From: a virus
Reading direction: 5' to 3' (one strand)
DNA: 64,000 nt
Virus record (IMG/VR): IMGVR_UViG_3300027908_000024
Coordinates: 12,860 to 76,859 of that record
Below, piece after piece: positions 1-6,849 of this stretch. The position numbers and the translations under genes were made by a program. The notes beneath the pieces were generated by a model. That model did no database searches. It worked only from the letters and a program-made list of their open reading frames with translations, and had not been told where the DNA came from. Positions within the stretch are counted from its first letter, which is position 1. Every line of letters begins with the position of its first letter.

Positions 1-1
1 A

Positions 2-316
2 GGCTTGAAGGATCGTCTGAATGTTGAACTGACAGCCCTGACAACTCAGGGATCTCGCCTGCCAGATCGCCACGTCAAGAGCTGTGTCGGTCGGCACGGC
101 ATCGAATGGGGTCATCTTTTTCCACTTGATTGCTTGGACGATCGCGACGAGAGAAACGGCTGTGGAGAGTACGTAGAAGGTCGGACTCGCCGGAAGGTTG
201 TACAACCCGGCGATGATGTAACAGGAATTAGCCACGAGCGGCAGGTTCTTCATATCCGAAGCGGCTTGGATGTCGGACAGGATTGTAGCTTGTTGGGCAG
301 TTGTAAGAGTGGCCAT
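2..316 (-). CDS. Partial hypothetical phage protein (runs off the left edge; not in the supplied ORF track)
   Basis: Manual translation from ATG at 316 (GAGG RBS upstream) gives MATLTTAQQATILSDIQAASDMKNLPLVANSCYIIAGLYNLPASPTFYV..., open to the window edge and co-oriented with the neighbouring genes. Confidence 0.65.
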   Translation of the reverse strand, partial: MATLTTAQQATILSDIQAASDMKNLPLVANSCYIIAGLYNLPASPTFYVLSTAVSLVAIVQAIKWKKMTPFDAVPTDTALDVAIWQARSLSCQGCQFNIQTILQA

Positions 317-433
317 CGCGTTGACCTCATGGTGTCTTGTGTAGTTGGTCGCAAAGAATAATTTCTATGAGCGATTATGCCCAAACGATGAGCAACAGAG
401 CAACTTGCGAGAGCAGTTATTCCATCAACTCTG

Positions 434-3094
434 TCACGGGAACAAATACCCGTTCACCACTATCTGATTTACCGTGCCACCCGATGTTCCAATCGTGTAT
501 CCCAGCCCCACCGTGGCACCGGCCGGAATATCCTGAATCCCCACCCCGCATGCCGAGAAATAAACCCCCGCCGTGTAGGCACCAGCGCCAACCGCCATCA
601 CAATGGGCACCGTGCTCGTCCAGGTCGGCGCTGCCGTGCTCTGGCAGATAAACAGCTGATGAAATACCGGGCTGGTCGTGACACTGTTCTGTACCACCAT
701 CGCGGCGCTAAGAACCCGGAAGGTTTTGTTAGCCGGAACCACGTATCCGGTCGTCCCTGCCACGTTCTGCGTCTGCCCCTGATAGGCCGTGAACAGCATC
801 ATCGTACCAGAAATTCCCACGCTGGAAGAGGTCATGATCAGCATGACCTGTGTTCTTCCCACATCCAGCGCCGTGACGCTCGCACCTGTAGCGATTGTAA
901 CGCCAACGGTTCCAAGAACGGTCGCCACCGTGCTCACAAGCGCCATTGTCTGTGTCGGTGCCAGCCAGATCGGTTGCCCGGTGATGTTTGATTGTGTCGT
1001 GACGACACTAAAACCGCCAACCGTGACGGTTCCGGAAACCACAGCGGAAACCGACAGGCCGGGCACCACGGAAACCAATCCGGTTCCTGCCAACGTCACA
1101 TTGACCGTGCCAAGAAGTGTCGCCAGTGTTGCGCCCGTGGCGAGCGTGACAATGGCCGTCCCGGCGACCGTTACTGAACCGGCCACCACATTGACTGCCA
1201 CGGTTCCCAGAACGGTTCCAACAGTCTGAATGGTGGCGAGCGTTTGCCCGACACCAAGCCAGGCCACGATGCCGGTAACGCCAGATGTTGCAGTTGTTGT
1301 CCCGACGATGGTTGCCAGCGAGCCGAGACTAACACTCACGCCAGGAACAATACTGACGATTTGCGTCCCGAGTATCGTCGAAATGGAGGCAATATTCTGG
1401 ATCGTACCGGTCACAGGAACTGTGCCGAGAAGCGTGGCGATGGTGCCGCCAGTCGCAAGCGTGACCACGGCCGTACCAACCGCCGTGGCGTTAATGGTGC
1501 CCAGCAGCGTCGCGAGCGTGCCGCCCGTTGCCAAACTGACGACAGCCGTGCCAGAAACCGAAACATACACCGGATTACCGATGGCGGATTGACCACCAGC
1601 GATCCACATTACTTGACCGGTGGCACTAACCGAAGGACCGGCGGTCGTGACCGATCCACCACCGGCACCGCCAGCCACCACATTGACCGCCACGGTGCCA
1701 AGAACCGTGCCAACCGTCTGTATGGTTGCCAGCGTTTGGCCAACACCAAGCCATGCCAAAATTCCAGTAGCCCCAGAGGTTCCGGTCGTGGTCCCGACAA
1801 CGGTCGCCAGACTGCCAAGATTGACACTCACGCCTGGCACAACGGATACCACACCGGTTCCGGCCAGTGTTACATTCACAGTGCCAAGAAGCGTTGCGAC
1901 CGTCGCACCCGTTGCCAGCGTGACAACGGCGGTACTGAGCACCGTCACGTTCATGGTCTGCGTCGGTGCCATCCAGACAACAGCACCCGTGACGGCTGCT
2001 TGTGTCGTTGTTGCAAGCGCGGTTGTGCTGAACGCCGCACTGACGCTCACACTCACGCCACTGACAATGATCGTCTGGCTTGGACCCAGCCACACCACGG
2101 CACCAGTCACCAGCGCCTGGGTCGTGGTTGCAATTGCTGTCGTGGCATTACTGACAGCAACAATGACCGTTTGAGAAGCCGCCAACCAGACTATCGGCCC
2201 CGTGACGCCCGATGCCTGCGCGGTCGTCATGATGTAACCGCTGACCGTCACGGTGCCGGACACATCCGCCGTCACGGACAGACCTGGAACCACACTGACG
2301 ACCTGAGTGCCAAGTTGCGTCACGACCGTAACCGAAACACCAGGAACCACGCTCACCAGCGCGGTGCCTGAGATCGATACCGCGCCGCTCACCACCGTGG
2401 TAAAATTACTGACACTCACGGTGCCGGAAACTTGCGCGCTGACGCTCAAGCCAGGCACGACGGTCACGACAGCCGTTCCAGCAACCGCGACGTTGACAGT
2501 GCCAAGAACTGTGCCGACCGCAGCAAGCGACTGAGAAGCTCCCAACCAAACAATCGGACCCGTAACCCCCGATGTTCCGGTCGTCGTATAAACACCCGTC
2601 GCCTGTGAGCCGATGTTTACACTGACACCGGGAACCATGCTCGCGACAACAGTTCCTGAGACACTCACCGTGCCGCTGATGTTGCTGGTATACCCCGAGA
2701 CAGAAACCGTGCCCGAGACAAGCGCACTGCCGGAAAGCGATACTGTTCCACTGATAGCTGGGAGGGTCGAAAGTGAGACGGTTCCCGACACCTGAGCGAC
2801 CACGCTCACGCCTGGGAACACCGTCACGGTTCCCGAGACACCAACCGCACCCGATACCGAAACCGTACCCGACACCTGCGCGCTGACGCTCTGGCCGGGA
2901 ACGTTCTGCACCACGAGCCCAGCCGCGTTCAGCGCCGGCACGCCCGTCGTGGCAATGATCGGCGTCGTATCACCGATTCCGCCGCCAGCGAGTTTTACGA
3001 TCTGGTATGCCAGCGAACTGGAGCCGGCAACGTCCACCGCTACCGGGATTGTGGCCCCGGTAGTGGCTTGAGTCACGTCAGCGGCGCTGGCCAT
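434..3094 (-). CDS. Val/Thr/Ser/Gly-rich repetitive protein, putative tail fibre or virion fibre
   Basis: 886 aa with almost no charged residues. Repeats include VSGTVSVSG, ATLLGTVNV and TTxxSGVTGPIVWLxxxQT, followed by a non-repetitive C-terminal domain of about 130 aa. Lies at the distal end of the tail module. Confidence 0.6.
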   Translation of the reverse strand: MASAADVTQATTGATIPVAVDVAGSSSLAYQIVKLAGGGIGDTTPIIATTGVPALNAAGLVVQNVPGQSVSAQVSGTVSVSGAVGVSGTVTVFPGVSVVAQVSGTVSLSTLPAISGTVSLSGSALVSGTVSVSGYTSNISGTVSVSGTVVASMVPGVSVNIGSQATGVYTTTGTSGVTGPIVWLGASQSLAAVGTVLGTVNVAVAGTAVVTVVPGLSVSAQVSGTVSVSNFTTVVSGAVSISGTALVSVVPGVSVTVVTQLGTQVVSVVPGLSVTADVSGTVTVSGYIMTTAQASGVTGPIVWLAASQTVIVAVSNATTAIATTTQALVTGAVVWLGPSQTIIVSGVSVSVSAAFSTTALATTTQAAVTGAVVWMAPTQTMNVTVLSTAVVTLATGATVATLLGTVNVTLAGTGVVSVVPGVSVNLGSLATVVGTTTGTSGATGILAWLGVGQTLATIQTVGTVLGTVAVNVVAGGAGGGSVTTAGPSVSATGQVMWIAGGQSAIGNPVYVSVSGTAVVSLATGGTLATLLGTINATAVGTAVVTLATGGTIATLLGTVPVTGTIQNIASISTILGTQIVSIVPGVSVSLGSLATIVGTTTATSGVTGIVAWLGVGQTLATIQTVGTVLGTVAVNVVAGSVTVAGTAIVTLATGATLATLLGTVNVTLAGTGLVSVVPGLSVSAVVSGTVTVGGFSVVTTQSNITGQPIWLAPTQTMALVSTVATVLGTVGVTIATGASVTALDVGRTQVMLIMTSSSVGISGTMMLFTAYQGQTQNVAGTTGYVVPANKTFRVLSAAMVVQNSVTTSPVFHQLFICQSTAAPTWTSTVPIVMAVGAGAYTAGVYFSACGVGIQDIPAGATVGLGYTIGTSGGTVNQIVVNGYLFP

Positions 3095-3097
3095 TGG

Positions 3098-3592
3098 TTA
3101 GCTCCCAGCGCCCATGCGCTTGAGGATCTCACTGGTGTGCTGCTCGGGGCCGTTGGTGAATCGAAGCATCCCGCCGACTTCGCGGATCGCATCAAGCTCT
3201 GCCGTCAGTGCCAGGGTGGGCTTGTCGCGGTATTCATTGCCCTTGACATAGATACTTGGGCGCAGAAGCTTGATGGTTTCAACTGCCGTGGGCCATTCGT
3301 TGATCGCGGCGTAGTCAACGCACTTGAGAGCAGCGACCATCTCAGCTCTGTCCTGTTCTGAGAATACCGGCCGGTTCGGCCCTTTGCAAACGTGTTGATC
3401 CTGGGAGACGGTGACGATCAGGATGTCGCCCATCTGGCGGGCGGCTTCCAGGTGGCGGACGTGGGAGATGCTGCATACGTCGAAACAGCCATGCGCAAGA
3501 ACAACCTTGCGCGGTTTGGAGCCGGCGAGGCGCAGGAGATGGGACTCGCGGTCGAGGGCGGCGCGGATTTCGGCGAGGGTGTAGACAGGCAT
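3098..3592 (-). CDS. Cytidylyltransferase/adenylyltransferase (RfaE domain II-like, HIGH superfamily)
   Basis: VVLAHGCFD...SHVRHLEAARQMGDILIVTVSQDQHVCKGPNRPVF...ERAEMVAALKCVDY-like and YVKGNEY motifs. Start taken at ATG 3592 (track start 3607 is TTG). Confidence 0.85.
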   Translation of the reverse strand: MPVYTLAEIRAALDRESHLLRLAGSKPRKVVLAHGCFDVCSISHVRHLEAARQMGDILIVTVSQDQHVCKGPNRPVFSEQDRAEMVAALKCVDYAAINEWPTAVETIKLLRPSIYVKGNEYRDKPTLALTAELDAIREVGGMLRFTNGPEQHTSEILKRMGAGS

Positions 3593-3599
3593 GGGAGTC

Positions 3600-4457
3600 T
3601 CAAGCAACGAAGGTGAAGGGGAGGATGTCGGGGGCAGAGGGTGGTAAATCGGCCTTCGGTTCGATCTTCTGCTCCGCCTTTTTTGTCATGTTGGCGACGA
3701 TGGCCTTTGCTATCTCGAATATCTCAACATCGGTCCATTTCCCCTTGAACGTGTTGATGGAATAGCAGATCAGACGGACGTTATCTTTCGTGTACCCTTT
3801 GTCCGAATTTATCCGATCAATCGAAATCGAAGTAGGACTGTACCATCCCTGTCCCCATGTCATGGCCAATCCAGAGACGGCGCATTTGCCATCCTGATCA
3901 TGCCACATCTGAATGAGTTGCTCAGCGGTGATGGGGTTATTGGTAGGACGACGAACCAGGGCTCGCATCAGACTTTTCTTGAGAGAATGCATGGGCGACT
4001 CAGTCTGATAACGGCGCACCCTGGCAACATGCGCAGCCTTTTTCTCAGATGATAGTTTGGCGTAACTTCCAGCCATACGCTCGCGGACGCGAGCCTTGAC
4101 TTCCGGACGCGAAGTATACTCATCCATGATGACCTTCATGCAGTCTTTGCAGCGTGCCGCGCGCCCACATTTGCCATTGCGCGCGATGTGGAATTCGTCA
4201 AGAGGCTTATCGGTTCCACACATCTTGCAAGGTTTTGATGTCGCGGATGCCGTTCGGTCTTGTATAGATGGCCATGATGGGCGGCCATCCTTGCGGTATT
4301 TTGACCGACATGGCTTACAGTATGTGCAAAACCCTGTCCTTGTCTTTCTGCTCTTATGGAAATTATCGGAAGATTTCTTTTGCTGACAGCCAAAACAAAT
4401 CAGCATCACAGGAGAGGCGACACCTTCCGCAAGATTGACATTTCTTTCATCTGACAT
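3600..4457 (-). CDS. Free-standing HNH-type (His-Me finger) endonuclease with Zn-ribbon repeats
   Basis: Two CxxC...CxxCxxC modules, then CAVSG...SIDRINSDKGYTKDNVRLIC...NTFKG. Start taken at MSDERN (GGAG RBS). Confidence 0.75.
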   Translation of the reverse strand: MSDERNVNLAEGVASPVMLICFGCQQKKSSDNFHKSRKTRTGFCTYCKPCRSKYRKDGRPSWPSIQDRTASATSKPCKMCGTDKPLDEFHIARNGKCGRAARCKDCMKVIMDEYTSRPEVKARVRERMAGSYAKLSSEKKAAHVARVRRYQTESPMHSLKKSLMRALVRRPTNNPITAEQLIQMWHDQDGKCAVSGLAMTWGQGWYSPTSISIDRINSDKGYTKDNVRLICYSINTFKGKWTDVEIFEIAKAIVANMTKKAEQKIEPKADLPPSAPDILPFTFVA

Positions 4458-4503
4458 TGCATCTCTCCATATGATGGACTTTTTTTTGCGAAGATGGTTC
4501 GGC

Positions 4504-5631
4504 TCAAATGAACTCAAGATGCTCCGGAGGTGGCGCGGTAGGCAAAGCCACCCTCCCATTGACATATTCAAACAGGAATGCGTTGGTCGGGTCTTGTAAA
4601 CATCCAGGTGAACACCTGTACCGTGGATCAAATTGATCACTTGCCAGGTAGCTCATAACCTCCATGTATCGGTCGCTTGCCCAAATATCACGGAAGCGAG
4701 TTCGGCAGAGGTTTCCCAAATGCAGGGCAGCGAATTTGCTGTTGAATTTTAGGCCGCACGGAGCTACAAGGCCATTGCCCGACACCTGCATCTGGAAGGC
4801 CGGACCATAACAGCGAGAATAGGTGCGCCCGCATTTGCTCTTGATGCGATTCCATTTGATCTTGATGTTCACGCCGGCGCGCTCGCCGATTCTTTCTGCT
4901 TCCATCAGCGCATCATCGACGTAATTGTATTTGCTGTAATCAACTCCCAACTGGCCTTCATCGCCATCCGAGCAATGTTTTATTAGCGCATAAGTCGGGG
5001 CCAACTCAGCAGCGAGTTTGGCAAATGGAATAATCTGGTCAACATCGTCGGGATGCAAAACCAGGAGCATGTTGAGAGTGCAGGCGAGGTTGTGCTTCTT
5101 GATGACCGCCATTCCATCGCGGATATTCTGAACCACAACATCAAACATGGATTGACTGAGGCCCATTATCTGGGCAAAGCGTTGGCGCTCGCCACCGCTA
5201 AAGTTGAATCGCAAGAACGACAAAAGCGGAAGAATCCTTTCGAGGATTGGCTTCTTGAGGACAATACCATTGCTTCCAGCTCCGATCTTTAGGCCGACCT
5301 TGACGGCGTGTTCGATGCTCTCTGCATAGTATGGCACCAAAGTGCTCTCGCCATCACTAATCAGACTAATTCCTTTTATCCCGATTTCGGCAGCATCAGA
5401 GAGAAAATCAAAGGCGATATCCTTTGTGATTACTCCACCCTCATCTGATGCCTGCAAACTCGCGAAACAAAAATGGCAGGCTGCTTGACATTTTCTGGTC
5501 CAGGCTGCGTCGCAATGGACCGGGCTGATCCTCTCTCCGCGCCGCCACGCCGCGATGCGTTCCGGATACCAACCGACCTTCGTTCCATCTAGGATCAGCT
5601 TGTCCACGAACTCCGGCAACTGACTGCTCAT
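4504..5631 (-). CDS. Radical SAM protein with SPASM/twitch-like C-terminus
   Basis: CQAACHFC (CxxxCxxC), SDGESTL (GGE-like), C-terminal RCYGP...GLVAPC...CSPGC. Start taken at MSSQLPE. Confidence 0.85.
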   Translation of the reverse strand: MSSQLPEFVDKLILDGTKVGWYPERIAAWRRGERISPVHCDAAWTRKCQAACHFCFASLQASDEGGVITKDIAFDFLSDAAEIGIKGISLISDGESTLVPYYAESIEHAVKVGLKIGAGSNGIVLKKPILERILPLLSFLRFNFSGGERQRFAQIMGLSQSMFDVVVQNIRDGMAVIKKHNLACTLNMLLVLHPDDVDQIIPFAKLAAELAPTYALIKHCSDGDEGQLGVDYSKYNYVDDALMEAERIGERAGVNIKIKWNRIKSKCGRTYSRCYGPAFQMQVSGNGLVAPCGLKFNSKFAALHLGNLCRTRFRDIWASDRYMEVMSYLASDQFDPRYRCSPGCLQDPTNAFLFEYVNGRVALPTAPPPEHLEFI

Positions 5632-5852
5632 GATCCTTGCTCCTTCACGATCGCGACCACTTCGGGGCTTTCTCGCAGTTTCGGCCACGGGCAGAATTGG
5701 TCGTGCTCTTCCATCTTGGAGGAGACATAACCGGAACACCACGGACAACACATGCTCTCGGATCTGCATGCCGCATGAGCATCAATGACCATCTTCAATA
5801 GCGCGGATCGTCCCGGAATCATTCCAAGCATCCAAGAGAATAACTTCTTCAT
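5628..5852 (-). CDS. Hypothetical protein
   Basis: 74 aa with CPWC motif; 4-nt overlaps with both neighbours. Confidence 0.55.
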   Translation of the reverse strand: MKKLFSWMLGMIPGRSALLKMVIDAHAACRSESMCCPWCSGYVSSKMEEHDQFCPWPKLRESPEVVAIVKEQGS

Positions 5853-6073
5853 AGCTTGGCTCGTTGTTCCGGCGTCATGTTACGACGCAGTTTCGAGTCG
5901 TCCTGCATGGTTCGCTTGAAGACTTCTACCGGCACGCCCGCCTCGCGCATGAATTTCTCGAACGCCAATAACGCGCGCCCCTGAAGATCGCTCGGGATCG
6001 CCACCCCAAAATCCACCAGCACATGATAAGGCGGCAACTCCGATTTTTCGCAAACTTGTGGCAGGCCGGTCAT
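5849..6073 (-). CDS. Hypothetical protein
   Basis: 74 aa, RBS (GGAG) and translational coupling. Confidence 0.6.
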   Translation of the reverse strand: MTGLPQVCEKSELPPYHVLVDFGVAIPSDLQGRALLAFEKFMREAGVPVEVFKRTMQDDSKLRRNMTPEQRAKL

Positions 6074-6210
6074 GACGTTCTCCGCAGGCGACTCCTATTC
6101 CCGGCCATCCTACCCAACCCATTCGCCAAACGCCAACCCGAACCCAAACCGACCATGTAACCGTCATCCGCGACGGCCAGAATAACCGCTACAGCCACGC
6201 CATCTTGCCG

Positions 6211-6399
6211 TCACGCTTGTTCTTTCTGCTTCCTCCAACCGATCCTCACGGCTATCCTGAAGCCTTCTACTAAGCTTGGAATCCTCTGGTGTCTGTTGCG
6301 GAATCGGTCAATCTCCTTCAGGAATTCAATCTCTTCTTCTGTGTAGATTCTCCGCTTATCGCAGCCACCGTTCCAGAGATGTTTGTTCGTGGCCGTCAT
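6211..6399 (-). CDS. Small hypothetical protein, resembles a Planctomycete-type family
   Basis: YTEEEIEFLKEIDRFRNRHQRIPSLVEGFRIAVRIGWRK; recalled similarity only. Confidence 0.6.
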   Translation of the reverse strand: MTATNKHLWNGGCDKRRIYTEEEIEFLKEIDRFRNRHQRIPSLVEGFRIAVRIGWRKQKEQA

Positions 6400-6405
6400 G
6401 TTGAT

Positions 6406-6771
6406 TCAGCGCACTTCAAGCGCCAATGTTTTCGGCGATAGGTGGCGAATCTCGTTAGTGTATTCACGACTATCATCGATGCACAGATCGATTCCATGTT
6501 GTCGGCAATACTCCGCCTTCTGCCAGGCCACCTGTAACGTGGTTCGGCCGGCGCAAACCACGATCTCATCAAATGCCGCGCCGAACGGTTCCACCTGGCG
6601 CTGCCGGCCGCGCAGCATTCCGGCGCGGTCGGCCTTCTCGGGATCGGGATGCAGCGCACCGGTCAGGAGTACAACTGACCAACCGTCCTTCTTGAGTGCC
6701 CGGCTCAGCGCACCGAGAATCATTGGCCACTTGGCGAGCGTTCCGTCAATGTCGATGGCGGCTTTCATCAT
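6406..6771 (-). CDS. HAD-superfamily hydrolase/phosphatase
   Basis: N-terminal AAIDIDGTL (DxD motif I), VVLLTG (motif II), K...LCIDDS (motifs III/IV). Confidence 0.75.
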   Translation of the reverse strand: MMKAAIDIDGTLAKWPMILGALSRALKKDGWSVVLLTGALHPDPEKADRAGMLRGRQRQVEPFGAAFDEIVVCAGRTTLQVAWQKAEYCRQHGIDLCIDDSREYTNEIRHLSPKTLALEVR

Positions 6772-6849
6772 GGTTCCTCATCGGCTGGTGGATTGAGCGT
6801 CTTGACCGTGCCATCGATCATCAGCACAGCCCAATCAATACCCTCTTGT

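Noticed and set aside
6070-6200. G-rich minus-strand tract (possible G-quadruplex at 6113-6145) or a 42-codon GTG-start ORF overlapping the next ATG
   Set aside because: One loop is 16 nt and there is no RBS or homology support; the two readings cannot be distinguished from chance.
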